Source: a virus (taxonomy: Duplodnaviria > Heunggongvirae > Uroviricota > Caudoviricetes). Taken from it: a DNA stretch of 45,810 bases. This document shows, one piece after another, positions 1-9,170 of the stretch. The stretch lies in IMG/VR virus record IMGVR_UViG_2521172732_000010; one strand, 5' to 3'. The notes under the pieces are model-generated. The model worked only from the letters and a program-made list of their open reading frames with translations. It was not told the origin of the DNA and searched no databases. The stretch's first letter is position 1. The number at the start of each line of letters is the position of its first letter. The position numbers and the translations under genes are program-made.

Positions 1-1143
1 CTATGCTGTTTTGATATCTACGATAATCCAGTCTTTACCACGATCATCATTGTATCGGTCGGTCATTTTTCTGGATTTATGACCTAACAACTTTTGCGTA
101 TCCAGACCCTGTTCCCGATATAACCGTTCTGACAGAGATCGCTGCTCATGAAATGTGGGCGCAGTTCCTTGCTCCCATTTTATGCCACATTTTTCCCTGG
201 CCTTTTTAAAAGCCGTTGTAAGAGTATTTGCAGACACCTGGTCTCCTCTGTTTGCTTGAGAGGTAGTGTGACGGTAATGGACCAGATATTTACTAACAAC
301 AGCATCCCTGCACTGAGATATAACTTCACGAAGGGTAATATTCAGAGCATCGCATTTCAGGTTAAGCGGAATAGCAAGTTTTGAACCGGTTTTTTCCTGA
401 GTAATGTGCAACATGTCGTCCCAGATATCAGAGAATTTCAAATTGCAGATATCGCCTAAACGTTGTCCAGTGACAAGAGCAAGTAGCATCCCGCATTTTA
501 AATAGGGCTGCCGTCTGCTTACGCTGTCAAATATTGCCTGCCATTCGGGCAGTGATAATCTTTGGCGGTTTACTCGATTTCGCGGTTGTTTTGTTGCCTG
601 CGCTGGGTTAAATCCTGGCGGAACATGTCCTGCGTGTTGTGCTTCTTTGAAGACGTCGATCAACACCATTCTCACGACTTGCGCCATCCTGTTATGACCT
701 TCAGCCTTTACAGCATCAATTATTTCGGCAATATCAAGTGCGGTAATATCCTTGAGGTGTTGCATTCCACAATGCTCACGGAAAAGACGAATGGGTTTGC
801 CTTTTTGCCGATAGGAGTTGGGTCTTAGTTCATTATGTTGCAGCCTGTCCTCCTGGATAGAAATATATTTATCAAGCCATTCTGTCACCGTAATGTCTGA
901 GCGCCTGCCTTTCATTCTTTCTAGACGCTCATTGACGCTTAATATTTGTCGGGTACGTTGTTCAGCAATAATGGTATTTGCTTCAGTAGCAACTTGTTTT
1001 GCTTCATTCTCATCAGTTCCTAAGCTATGAAAACGACCGGATAGTGGATGTTTGTATTGCCAATATACCTTTCCGGTTCGCTTATCTAATTTGCAATATA
1101 AATTGGGTATAGAGATTTTGTGAGATCGGGGTCTAGCAGCCAT
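1..1143 (-). CDS. int: tyrosine integrase (lambda Int family, not lambda Int itself)
   Basis: 380-aa ORF at the prophage left end next to xis; C-terminal region (HEQRSLSERLY...LLGHKS...DRYNDDRG) resembles the catalytic tail of lambda-family integrases; stop codon at 1-3. Confidence 0.85.
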   Translation of the reverse strand: MAARPRSHKISIPNLYCKLDKRTGKVYWQYKHPLSGRFHSLGTDENEAKQVATEANTIIAEQRTRQILSVNERLERMKGRRSDITVTEWLDKYISIQEDRLQHNELRPNSYRQKGKPIRLFREHCGMQHLKDITALDIAEIIDAVKAEGHNRMAQVVRMVLIDVFKEAQHAGHVPPGFNPAQATKQPRNRVNRQRLSLPEWQAIFDSVSRRQPYLKCGMLLALVTGQRLGDICNLKFSDIWDDMLHITQEKTGSKLAIPLNLKCDALNITLREVISQCRDAVVSKYLVHYRHTTSQANRGDQVSANTLTTAFKKAREKCGIKWEQGTAPTFHEQRSLSERLYREQGLDTQKLLGHKSRKMTDRYNDDRGKDWIIVDIKTA

Positions 1144-1369
1144 CAGCGATTATCCGTTGGAGTTTTGGGTTTGCGTTTATTGGGAGTTGCGGTTCTGCAA
1201 GCGTTCCTACAAAACGGGAATTTCGGTCAATCATCCAGTAGCGACCAACTTTTATAGCGGGTGGGGCCATCATTTTCCCTTGCGCGTATTTTTTCAGAAC
1301 TCGCTCACTTGGTGCTAAGTCCCCAAATTCTTCTTTAGCCCAGTCCTGTAAAGTGATTAGTCGAGACAT
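1133..1369 (-). CDS. xis: excisionase-like protein
   Basis: 78-aa ORF overlapping the int start by 11 nt in the position of lambda xis; sequence differs from lambda Xis. Confidence 0.6.
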   Translation of the reverse strand: MSRLITLQDWAKEEFGDLAPSERVLKKYAQGKMMAPPAIKVGRYWMIDRNSRFVGTLAEPQLPINANPKLQRIIADGC

Positions 1370-1647
1370 TTGTCCTCCTCTTAGCTGCTGAGGGAGTTTG
1401 TGACCGATATATCTGACATGATATTAAGCTCATGGCAGGTACATCTCTTGACTGGTCATAGAGATAAATTTAATGCTGAGAAATGCAGTATTGAATTTAT
1501 CAATTTTTCTATTTCCTGCGTATGGCACGTAACTTCTTAATGTGTTCTGCCGTTTCGATCTCTTCTGCTATCCGATCTGCATCAGCTTTATTCACAGGTT
1601 CAAAGTCATGATTAAAGCGGAACATGCTGGCGATACATGTTCTGCCT

Positions 1648-2704
1648 GGCTTTGTTGAATAAATCGAACTTTTGCTGAGTTGAAGGATCAGATCACGCAT
1701 CTTCCCGACAACGCAGACCGTTCCGTGGCAAAGCAAAAGTTCAAAATCACCAACTGGCCCACCTACAATAAAGCCCTCATCAACCGTGGCTCCATAACTT
1801 TCTGGCTGGATGATGAAGCTATTCAGGCCTGGTATGAATCAGCAACACCTTCTTCACGAGGCAGACCTCAGCGCTATTCTGACCTTGCCATCACGACTGT
1901 GCTGGTCATTAAACGCGTATTCAGGCTGACCCTGCGCGCTGCGCAGGGCTTTATTGATTCCATTTTTTCTCTGATGAACGTTCCGCTACGCTGCCCGGAT
2001 TACAGCTGTGTCAGCAGGCGGGCAAAGTCGGTTAACGTCAGTTTCAAAACGCCCACCCGGGGTGAAATCGCACACCTGGTAATTGATTCCACCGGGCTGA
2101 AAGTCTTCGGTGAAGGCGAGTGGAAAGTCAAAAAGCATGGCCAGGAACGCCGCCGTATCTGGCGTAAGCTGCATCTCGCCGTTGACAGTAAAACACATGA
2201 AATCATCTGCGCTGACCTGTCGCTGAACAACGTTACGGACTCAGAGGCCTTCCCCGGGTTAATCCGGCAAACCCACCGGAAAATCAGGTCAGCCGCCGCC
2301 GATGGCGCTTACGACACCCGGCTCTGTCACGATGAACTGCGGCGTAAGAAAATCAGCGCGCTTATCCCTCCCCGAAAAGGTGCGGGTTACTGGCCCGGTG
2401 AATATGCAGACCGTAACCGTGCAGTGGCTAATCAGCGAATGACCGGGAGTAATGCGCGGTGGAAATGGACAACAGATTACAACCGTCGCTCGATAGCGGA
2501 AACGGCGATGTACCGGGTAAAACAGCTGTTCGGGGGTTCACTGACGCTGCGTGACTACGATGGTCAGGTTGCGGAGGCTATGGCCCTGGTACGAGCGCTG
2601 AACAAAATGACGAAAGCAGGTATGCCTGAAAGCGTGCGTATTGCCTGAAAACACAACCCGCTACGGGGGAGACTTACCCGAAATCTGATTTATTCAACAA
2701 AGCC
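1648..2704 (+). mobile_element. IS903-type insertion sequence (IS5 family), 1057 bp
   Basis: Terminal inverted repeats ggctttgttgaataaatcg at 1648 and its reverse complement ending at 2704; flanked by perfect 9-bp direct repeat gttctgcct at 1639-1647 and 2705-2713; internal transposase ORF. Confidence 0.9.
1680..2648 (+). CDS. IS903-family DDE transposase (start codon uncertain)
   Basis: 322-aa ORF filling the IS; NWPTYNKALINRGSITFW motif region typical of IS903-group transposases as I recall them. Confidence 0.85.
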   Translation: MKDQITHLPDNADRSVAKQKFKITNWPTYNKALINRGSITFWLDDEAIQAWYESATPSSRGRPQRYSDLAITTVLVIKRVFRLTLRAAQGFIDSIFSLMNVPLRCPDYSCVSRRAKSVNVSFKTPTRGEIAHLVIDSTGLKVFGEGEWKVKKHGQERRRIWRKLHLAVDSKTHEIICADLSLNNVTDSEAFPGLIRQTHRKIRSAAADGAYDTRLCHDELRRKKISALIPPRKGAGYWPGEYADRNRAVANQRMTGSNARWKWTTDYNRRSIAETAMYRVKQLFGGSLTLRDYDGQVAEAMALVRALNKMTKAGMPESVRIA

Positions 2705-2861
2705 GTTCTGCCTTTTCGGATGTAGTGAACTTTGTTGTGGGTAGAACGCAGGATTTTGCAGGGAGTGCCGTGGTGGTCGACGTACCAGGTGTTAGGAAAA
2801 ATGATTCTGAACATTTTTACACCTCAGTTGGACGATGTTGAAATTTACTGCTTTGAGGCCA

Positions 2862-3080
2862 TCACAGCCCCCATTGTTTGTTCTTAAGTTCGATCTCCTC
2901 CTGGCAACTTGCACAAGTCCGACAACCCTGAACGGCCAGGCGTCTTCGTTCATCTATCGGATCGCCACACTCACAACAATGAGTGGCAGATATAGCCTGG
3001 TGGTTCAGGCGGCGCATTTTTATTGCTGTGTTGCGCTGTAATTCTTCAATTTCTGATGCTGAATCAATGATGTCTGCCAT
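2862..3080 (-). CDS. TraR/DksA-family C4 zinc-finger protein
   Basis: 72-aa ORF with two Cys pairs (CCECG ... CRTCASC) typical of phage TraR-like zinc fingers. Confidence 0.6.
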   Translation of the reverse strand: MADIIDSASEIEELQRNTAIKMRRLNHQAISATHCCECGDPIDERRRLAVQGCRTCASCQEEIELKNKQWGL

Positions 3081-3178
3081 CTTTCATTAATCCCTGAATT
3101 GTTGGTTAATACGCTTGAGGGTGAATGCGAATAATAAAAAAGGAGCCTGTAGCTCCATGATGATTTTGTTTTTCATGT

Positions 3179-3394
3179 TCACCGTTCCTTAAAGACGCCG
3201 TTTAACATGCCGATCGCCAGGCTTAAATGAGTCGGTGTGAATCCCATCAGCGTTACCGTTTCGCGGTGCTTTTTCAGTACGCTACGGCAAATGTCATCGA
3301 CGTTTTTATCCGGAAACTGCGGTCTGGCTTTTTTGATTTCAGAATTAGCCTGACGGGCAATACTGCGAAGGGCGTTTTCTTGCTGAGGTGTCAT
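3179..3394 (-). CDS. small early-left (delta region) hypothetical protein, in the position of lambda orf61
   Basis: ORF in the pL operon between the zinc-finger ORF and orf63; start chosen at internal ATG (MTPQQ...). Confidence 0.5.
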   Translation of the reverse strand: MTPQQENALRSIARQANSEIKKARPQFPDKNVDDICRSVLKKHRETVTLMGFTPTHLSLAIGMLNGVFKER

Positions 3395-3470
3395 TGAACA
3401 AGTCCCATGTCGGCAAGCATAAGCACACAGAATATGAAGCCCGCTGCCAGAAAAATGCATTCAGTGGTTG

Positions 3471-3662
3471 TCATACCTGGTCTCTCTCATCTGCTTCTGC
3501 TTTCGCCACCATCATTTCCAGCTTTTGTGAAAGGGATGTGGCTAACGTATGAAATTCTTCGTCTGTTTCTGCTGGTATTGGCACAAACCTGACTCCAATT
3601 TGAGCAAGGCTATGTGCCATCTCAATGCTCGTTCTTAACTCAACAGGAGATGCTTTGTGCAT
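3471..3662 (-). CDS. lambda Orf63-like protein
   Basis: 63-aa [26 protein letters not shown]... matching my recollection of lambda orf63. Confidence 0.75.
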   Translation of the reverse strand: MHKASPVELRTSIEMAHSLAQIGVRFVPIPAETDEEFHTLATSLSQKLEMMVAKAEADERDQV

Positions 3663-3817
3663 ACAGCCCCTCGTTTATTATTTATCTCCTCAGCCAGCCG
3701 CTGGGCTTTCAGTGGATTTTGGATAACAGAAAGACCGGGAAATACCCAGCCTCGCTTTGTAACGGAGTAGACGAAAGTGATCGCACCTACCCGGATATTA
3801 TCGTGAGGATGCTTCAT
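3635..3817 (-). CDS. lambda Orf60a-like protein
   Basis: 60 codons from [17 protein letters not shown]..., overlapping orf63 and abutting exo as in lambda. Confidence 0.7.
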   Translation of the reverse strand: MKHPHDNIRVGAITFVYSVTKRGWVFPGLSVIQNPLKAQRLAEEINNKRGAVCTKHLLLS

Positions 3818-4494
3818 CGCCATTGCTCCCCAAATACAAAACCAATTTCAGCCAGTGCTTCGTCCATTTTTTCGATGAACTCCGGCACCATCTCGTCAAA
3901 ACTTGCCATGTAATTTTCATCCCGCTCAACCACGACATAATGCAGGCCTTCACGCTTCATTCGTGGGTCATAGTTGGCAAAGTACCAGGCATCTTTTCGC
4001 GTCACCCACATGCTGTACTGCACCTGGGCCATGTAAGCCGACTTTATGGCCTCGAAACCACCGAGCCGGAATTTCATGAAATCCCGGGAGGTAAACGGGC
4101 ATTTCAGCTCAAGGCCATTGCCGTCACTGCATAAACCATCGGGAGAGCAGGCGGTGCGCATACTTTCGTCGCGATAGATGATCGGGGATTCAGTAACATT
4201 CACGCCGGAAGTGAATTCAAACAGGGTTCTGGCGTCGTTCTCGTACCGTTTTCCCCAGGCCAGCGCCTTAGCATTAACTTCCGGAGCCACACCGGTGCAA
4301 ACCTCAGCCAGCAGGGTGTGGAAGTAGGACATTTTCATGTCAGGCCACTTCTTTCCTGAGCGGGGCTTTGCTATCACGTTGTGAACTTCTGAAGCGGTGA
4401 TGACGCCGAGCCGTAATTTGTGCCATGCATCATCCCCCTGTTCGACAGCTCTCACGTCGATCCCGGTACGCTGCAGGATAATGTCCGGTGTCAT
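3814..4494 (-). CDS. exo: Red exonuclease (lambda Exo)
   Basis: 226-aa [39 protein letters not shown]..., matches lambda Exo. Confidence 0.95.
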   Translation of the reverse strand: MTPDIILQRTGIDVRAVEQGDDAWHKLRLGVITASEVHNVIAKPRSGKKWPDMKMSYFHTLLAEVCTGVAPEVNAKALAWGKRYENDARTLFEFTSGVNVTESPIIYRDESMRTACSPDGLCSDGNGLELKCPFTSRDFMKFRLGGFEAIKSAYMAQVQYSMWVTRKDAWYFANYDPRMKREGLHYVVVERDENYMASFDEMVPEFIEKMDEALAEIGFVFGEQWR

Positions 4495-5276
4495 GTAGCC
4501 ACCTTCTGCTCAGTGGCTTTCTGTTTCAGGAATCCAAGAGCTTTCACTGCTTCGGCTTGTGTCAGTTCTGACGATGCGCGAATGTCGCGGCGAAATATCT
4601 GGGAACAGAGCGGCAATAAGTCGTCATCCCATGTTTTATCCAGGGCGATTAGCAGAGTGTTAATCTCCTGCATGGTTTCATCGTTAACCGGAGTGATGTC
4701 GCGTTCCAGCTGACGTTCTGCAGTGTATGCAGTATTTTCGACAATGCGCTCGGCTTCATCCTTGTCATAGATACCAGCAAATCCGAAGGCGAGACGGGCA
4801 CACTGAATCATGGCTTTATGCCGTAACATCCGTTTGGGATGCGACTGCCACGGTCCGGTGATTTCTCTGCCTTCGCGGGTTTTGAATGGTTCGCGGCGGC
4901 ATTCATCCATCCATTCGGTAACGCAGATCGGATGATTACGGTCCTTGCGGTAAATCCGGCATGTACAGGATTCGTTGTCCTGCTCAAAGTCCATGCCATC
5001 AAACTGCTGGTTTTCATTGATGATGCGGGACCAGCCATCAACGCCCACCACCGGAACGATGCCGTTCTGCTTATCAGGGAAGGCGTAAATTTCTTTCGTC
5101 CACGGATTAAGGCCGTACTGGTTGGCGACGATCAACAATGCGATGAACTGCGCATCGCTGGCATCGCCTTTAAATGCCGTCTGGCGAAGAGTGGTGATCA
5201 GTTCCTGTGGGTCGACAGAATCCATGCCGACACGTTCAGCCAGCTTCCCTGCCAGCGTTGCGAGTGCTGTACTCAT
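4491..5276 (-). CDS. bet: Red recombinase Beta
   Basis: 261-aa [40 protein letters not shown]..., matches lambda Bet; 4-nt overlap with exo. Confidence 0.95.
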   Translation of the reverse strand: MSTALATLAGKLAERVGMDSVDPQELITTLRQTAFKGDASDAQFIALLIVANQYGLNPWTKEIYAFPDKQNGIVPVVGVDGWSRIINENQQFDGMDFEQDNESCTCRIYRKDRNHPICVTEWMDECRREPFKTREGREITGPWQSHPKRMLRHKAMIQCARLAFGFAGIYDKDEAERIVENTAYTAERQLERDITPVNDETMQEINTLLIALDKTWDDDLLPLCSQIFRRDIRASSELTQAEAVKALGFLKQKATEQKVAT

Positions 5277-5281
5277 CCGTT

Positions 5282-5578
5282 TTATACCTCTGAATCAATA
5301 TCAACCTGATGGTGAGCAATGGTTTCAACCATGTACCGGATGTGTTCTGCCATGCGCTCCTGAAACTCAACATCGTCATCAAACGCACGGGTAATGGCTT
5401 TTTTGCTGGCCCCGTGGCGTTGCAAATGATCGATGCATAGCGATTCAAACAGGTGCTGGGGCAGGCCTTTTTCCATGTCGTCTGCCAGTTCTGCCTCTTT
5501 CTCTTCACGGGCGATCTGCTGGTAGTGACGCGCCCAGCTCTGAGCCTCAAGACGATCCTGAATGTAATAAGCGTTCAT
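5282..5578 (-). CDS. gam: Gam, RecBCD inhibitor (short 98-aa form intact; long-form N-terminal extension out of frame)
   Basis: [21 protein letters not shown]... matches lambda Gam; upstream [18 protein letters not shown] start at 5697 is in a different frame. Confidence 0.9.
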   Translation of the reverse strand: MNAYYIQDRLEAQSWARHYQQIAREEKEAELADDMEKGLPQHLFESLCIDHLQRHGASKKAITRAFDDDVEFQERMAEHIRYMVETIAHHQVDIDSEV

Positions 5579-5651
5579 GGCTGAACTCCTGAAATAGCTG
5601 TGAAAATATCGCCCGCGAAATGCCGGGCTGATTAGGAAAACAGGAAAGGGG

Positions 5652-5795
5652 TTAGTGAATGCTTTTGCTTGATCTCAGTTTCAGTATTAATATCCATTTT
5701 TTATAAGCGTCGACGGCTTCACGAAACATCTTTTCATCGCCAATAAAAGTGGCGATAGTGAATTTAGTCTGGATAGCCATAAGTGTTTGATCCAT
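5652..5795 (-). CDS. kil: Kil (host-killing, FtsZ inhibitor)
   Basis: 47 codons [47 protein letters not shown]. Confidence 0.9.
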   Translation of the reverse strand: MDQTLMAIQTKFTIATFIGDEKMFREAVDAYKKWILILKLRSSKSIH

Positions 5796-5928
5796 TCTTT
5801 GGGACTCCTGGCTGATTAAGTATGTCGATAAGGCGTTTCCATCCGTCACGTAATTTACGGGTGATTCGTTCAAGTAAAGATTCGGAAGGGCAGCCAGCAA
5901 CAGGCCACCCTGCAATGGCATATTGCAT
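5764..5928 (-). CDS. cIII: CIII (FtsH inhibitor)
   Basis: 54 codons MQYAIAGWPVAGCPSESLLERITRKLRDGW... ; overlaps kil by 32 nt as in lambda; ORF is below the size cut-off of the supplied track. Confidence 0.85.
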   Translation of the reverse strand: MQYAIAGWPVAGCPSESLLERITRKLRDGWKRLIDILNQPGVPKNGSNTYGYPD

Positions 5929-6000
5929 GGTGTGCTCCTTATTTATACATAACGAAAAACGCCTCGAGTGAAGCGTAATTGGTATGCGGTAACGCTGCGC

Positions 6001-6369
6001 TCAGGCGGCCTTGATAGTCATATCATCTGAATCAAATATTCCTGATGTATCGATATCGGTAATTCTTATTCCTTCACTACCATCCATTGGAGGCCATCCT
6101 TCCTGACCATTTCCATCATTCCAGTCGAACTCACACACAACACCATATGCATTTAAGTCGCTTGAAATTGCTATAAGCAGAGCATGTTGCGCCAGCATGA
6201 TTAATACAGCATTTAATACAGATCCGTGTTTATTGAGTCGGTATTCAGAGTCTGACCAGAAATTATTAATCTGGTGAAGTTTTTCCTCTGTCATTACGTC
6301 ATGGTCAATTTCAATTTCTATTGATGCTTTCCAGTCGTAATCAATGATGTATTTTTTGATGTTTGACAT
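6001..6369 (-). CDS. ea10: Ea10-like early protein
   Basis: 122-aa ORF MSNIKKYIIDYDWKASIEIEIDHDV... matching my recollection of lambda Ea10. Confidence 0.8.
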   Translation of the reverse strand: MSNIKKYIIDYDWKASIEIEIDHDVMTEEKLHQINNFWSDSEYRLNKHGSVLNAVLIMLAQHALLIAISSDLNAYGVVCEFDWNDGNGQEGWPPMDGSEGIRITDIDTSGIFDSDDMTIKAA

Positions 6370-6551
6370 CTATTCATATCCTCATAGATAAAAAATCGCC
6401 CTCACACTGGAGGGCAAAGAAGATTTCCAATAATCAGAACAAGTCGGCTCCTGTTTAGTTACGAGCGACATTGCTCCGTGTATTCACTCGTTGGAATGAA
6501 TACACAGTGCAGTGTTTATTCTGTTATTTATGCCAAAAATAAAGGCCACTA

Positions 6552-6752
6552 TCAGGCAGCTTTGTTGTTCTGTTTACCAAGTTCTCTGGCAATCATTGCC
6601 GTCGTTCGTATTGCCCATTTATCGACATATTTCCCATCTTCCATTACAGGAAACATTTCTTCAGGCTTAACCATGCATTCCGATTGCAGCTTGCATCCAT
6701 TGCATCGTTTGAATTGTCCACACCATTGATTTGTATCAATAGTCGTAGTCAT
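6552..6752 (-). CDS. ral: Ral (restriction alleviation)
   Basis: 66-aa ORF MTTTIDTNQWCGQFKRCNGCKLQSECMVKPEEMFPV... Confidence 0.9.
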   Translation of the reverse strand: MTTTIDTNQWCGQFKRCNGCKLQSECMVKPEEMFPVMEDGKYVDKWAIRTTAMIARELGKQNNKAA

Positions 6753-6965
6753 ACGGATAGTCCTGGTATTGTTCCATCACATCTTGAGGATGCTCTTCGA
6801 ACTCTTCAAATTCTTCTTCCATATATCACCTTAAATAGTGGATTGCGGTAGTAAAGATTGTGCCTGTCTTTTAACCACATCAGGCTCGGTGGTTCTCGTG
6901 TACCCCTACAACGAGAAATCGGATAAACTCTATTCACCCCTACAGAGAGCAAAAGAGAAACGCCG

Positions 6966-7547
6966 ATGAACAACTCATGGTGGCAGGAACTAATGCATTT
7001 TTTCCTGCAAGGAATGACACTTAAACAGTTGATTCATATGCTAATCATCCTGATCATATTGATTATTGTTATGCCGGTAAGCGTGAAAGAATGGATAAAC
7101 CTGCATAATCCAGAAATCCTTCCTCATTACTGGATGTATTACATCCTGTTGTTTTGCGTTAGCTATGTGCTTAACGGCGTTGTTAATTCCGCTTATCACG
7201 CTGTGACTGAAAGAATTGAGGTATTCGCTGCTCAGAAGCGCAAATCTAAAGAAGAAAAATATGTGCAAGATTTGTTTGATTCGTTAACTCTTGGAGAAAG
7301 AGCGTATTTGGCATTCGCTGTAGCCGCTAATAACCAGCTACAAACGGAAAAGGGAGCTCATGAATCAATTTCATTGCTCAAAAAAGGACTCCTCGTTCGA
7401 AGGCCTCCTGCTGTTGGATATCCTGATACCGACCGTTTCGTTATCCCTGAAAGCTATAGACATGAGTGCTACATTAGGTTTGCCAGGAAGGCAGACAGCC
7501 TTATGGATGAACTTATCGCTCAGGATAAGCATGGCAAAAACAAGTAA
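6966..7547 (+). CDS. sieB: superinfection exclusion protein B
   Basis: 193-aa membrane protein MNNSWWQELMHFFLQGMTLKQLIHMLIILIILIIVMPV...; between ral and N on the opposite strand. Confidence 0.85.
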   Translation: MNNSWWQELMHFFLQGMTLKQLIHMLIILIILIIVMPVSVKEWINLHNPEILPHYWMYYILLFCVSYVLNGVVNSAYHAVTERIEVFAAQKRKSKEEKYVQDLFDSLTLGERAYLAFAVAANNQLQTEKGAHESISLLKKGLLVRRPPAVGYPDTDRFVIPESYRHECYIRFARKADSLMDELIAQDKHGKNK

Positions 7548-7563
7548 TTAGCAAATGAATTTA

Positions 7564-7836
7564 TCATCTCGCCGTCAATTGTTTTGATTTCCGGTAGCCT
7601 GCCGCGTAAACGGCTACGTTTGGCAGGCAAATACTTCCACTGCATTCATCTGCCTTCTTGCAGCGAAGGCTTCCGAGTGATGCTGCTTTGTCTGCTCTGA
7701 CGCAACCAGAGAGCTTTAGCGCAATTTTTCGCGCCAGTCGCTGTTCTTGCATTGCCTGCTCACGTTGAGCCTGTCTGCGTGCTCTGCGGCGATTTCTGGC
7801 GTTATCGTCAGCCAGATATGTAATGACTACTGCCAT
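7564..7836 (-). CDS. N: N-type transcription antiterminator (P22 gp24-like)
   Basis: Arginine-rich motif NARNRRRARRQAQREQ near the N-terminus, C-terminus ...YAAGYRKSKQLTAR; immediately downstream of nutL/pL; start taken at MAVVITY. Confidence 0.8.
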   Translation of the reverse strand: MAVVITYLADDNARNRRRARRQAQREQAMQEQRLARKIALKLSGCVRADKAASLGSLRCKKADECSGSICLPNVAVYAAGYRKSKQLTAR

Positions 7837-7943
7837 GTTGACCTCCGATGATTGACTTTGGCGGTGACGCGCCGGGTGCATATCTTTCGGTTGCCGTCAT
7901 GCAGCTGCACTTCACGTCACCCCAAAGCCAACTACTCTTTGGT

Positions 7944-7985
7944 TCCCGCATTTCGGCGGGACAATCCCATCAATGTTAAAGAGCC
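7944..7985 (-). promoter_or_regulatory. nutL (boxA ggctctttaaca plus boxB hairpin)
   Basis: Minus-strand boxA followed by hairpin tcccgccgaaatgcggga; the identical boxB occurs at nutR. Confidence 0.75.
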
Positions 7986-8024
7986 TGCCAATCTGTTCCG
8001 TTTGGCTACCAGCGTCCTGCTGAT

Positions 8025-8105
8025 GACTTAAATTTAAGATTTCTTTAATTGTTGGTTAAGGTGGTTTTGAAGAAAACTTAAATTTATTGCGAAGTTTAAG
8101 TTTTG
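8025..8105 (-). promoter_or_regulatory. OL operator repeats and pL region
   Basis: Repeated ACTTAAATTTAAG / TTAAG-type half-sites resembling P22 c2 operators, upstream of N on the minus strand. Confidence 0.55.
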
Positions 8106-8120
8106 CTTTGATTTTTAAAG

Positions 8121-8146
8121 GAAAGAAAAAAGGGGCGAATGCCCCT
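8121..8146 (-). terminator. intrinsic terminator after the repressor gene
   Basis: Minus-strand hairpin ggggcattcgcccc followed by a T-rich tail (tttttctttc), directly after the cI stop. Confidence 0.6.
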
Positions 8147-8796
8147 TATGGAAGGTTTGCTATTTTTGCATCGACAACTACACCGATGATTTTGCAGTTC
8201 CCGTTGATCTCAATCATCGGATATTGTGGGTTAAGTGGTTTTAGAAACCTTCTGCCAGCATCAATAACTAACTTCTTGAAAGTTGCCTCGTTTTCTCCTT
8301 CGAGCTTTGCCACTACCAGCTTCCCATTACGAGGTTCTACTTCAGGATCGACTAGTATTATCATCCCTTCCGGGATGCTAAGACCGGCTGGAGCCGTCAT
8401 CGAATCACCCTTTACGTCCAGCCAAAACGAATCTTCTGAACAATCTACGGTTGTATCGTACCAGTTATCTATTGCACGCTTATGATATGGCTCTACAGCT
8501 TCCATCCAACATCCTGCGCTTACCCAACTAATTAGAGGATACGAACCTCTTGGATCATGCCTGCTGTGATAGGCAATGTTTGAAAGACTATCTTCTCCTT
8601 TCAACAAGTAATCAGGGGAGCACTGTAAAGCCTTGGCTAAAGCCAATAGGTTTTCGCCATTGGGCTCAGTTTCAGAACGCTCCCATTGGGAAATAGCAAC
8701 ATTAGACACGCCAACCATCTTGCCAAGGGCAGCCTGCCTAATCTTAAGTTCTTTTCTGCGAGCGCGAATACGCTCACCCATCAGTTGTGTATTCAT
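8146..8796 (-). CDS. cI: prophage repressor, P22 C2 type (LexA-like HTH plus S24 peptidase domain)
   Basis: 216-aa ORF MNTQLMGERIRARRKELKIRQAALGKMVGVSNVAISQWERSE... matching my recollection of P22 C2. Confidence 0.9.
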   Translation of the reverse strand: MNTQLMGERIRARRKELKIRQAALGKMVGVSNVAISQWERSETEPNGENLLALAKALQCSPDYLLKGEDSLSNIAYHSRHDPRGSYPLISWVSAGCWMEAVEPYHKRAIDNWYDTTVDCSEDSFWLDVKGDSMTAPAGLSIPEGMIILVDPEVEPRNGKLVVAKLEGENEATFKKLVIDAGRRFLKPLNPQYPMIEINGNCKIIGVVVDAKIANLP

Positions 8797-8863
8797 AGTT
8801 AAGACATCTTAAATAAACTTGACTTAAGATTCCTTTGATAGATAATTTAAGTATTCTTTAATT
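8797..8863. promoter_or_regulatory. OR operators (three 18-bp sites) with divergent pRM/pR
   Basis: Three sites close to ATTTAAGATATCTTAAAT at 8797-8814, about 8822-8839 and 8845-8862, between divergent cI and cro. Confidence 0.7.
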
Positions 8864-8876
8864 TCGGAGCGAGTCT

Positions 8877-9062
8877 ATGTACAAGAAAGATGTTATCGAC
8901 CACTTCGGAACCCAGCGTGCGGTAGCTAAAGCGTTAGGCATTAGCGATGCAGCAGTCTCTCAGTGGAAGGAAGTCATCCCAGAGAAAGACGCCTATCGAC
9001 TGGAAGTCGTTACAGCTGGCGCCCTGAAGTATCAAGAAAGTGCTTATCGCAAAGCGGCATAA
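8877..9062 (+). CDS. cro: Cro repressor (P22 Cro type)
   Basis: 61-aa HTH ORF MYKKDVIDHFGTQRAVAKALGISDAAVSQWKE... Confidence 0.85.
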   Translation: MYKKDVIDHFGTQRAVAKALGISDAAVSQWKEVIPEKDAYRLEVVTAGALKYQESAYRKAA

Positions 9063-9068
9063 GCAAAT

Positions 9069-9113
9069 TGCTCTTTAACAGTCATGGTCCTTATTCCCGC
9101 CGAAATGCGGGAA
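9069..9113 (+). promoter_or_regulatory. nutR (boxA tgctctttaaca plus boxB hairpin)
   Basis: boxA at 9069-9080 and hairpin ttcccgccgaaatgcgggaa at 9094-9113, just downstream of cro. Confidence 0.75.
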
Positions 9114-9170
9114 TACAACGCGCATCAGTTGGTGCGTATAACTTCTTATTTGTTAAGGAAATACTTACAT

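Larger units (their letters stand above)
1509..2814 (-). pseudogene. small phage ORF (about 79 codons when rejoined) interrupted by IS903-type insertion
   Basis: Minus-strand ATG at 2814 reads in frame to the IS end at 2705; removing the IS and one copy of the 9-bp duplication continues the same frame to a stop at 1509-1511. Confidence 0.6.

Noticed and set aside
1680-2648. Transposase first taken for IS5 (InsH)
   Set aside because: Terminal inverted repeats (ggctttgttgaataaatcg), 1057-bp length and 9-bp duplication fit IS903-type elements; the protein does not match my recollection of InsH.
8146-8796. Absence of rexA/rexB next to the repressor considered as a deletion
   Set aside because: P22-type immunity regions do not carry rex; the repressor is followed directly by a terminator and the OL/pL region, a coherent arrangement.
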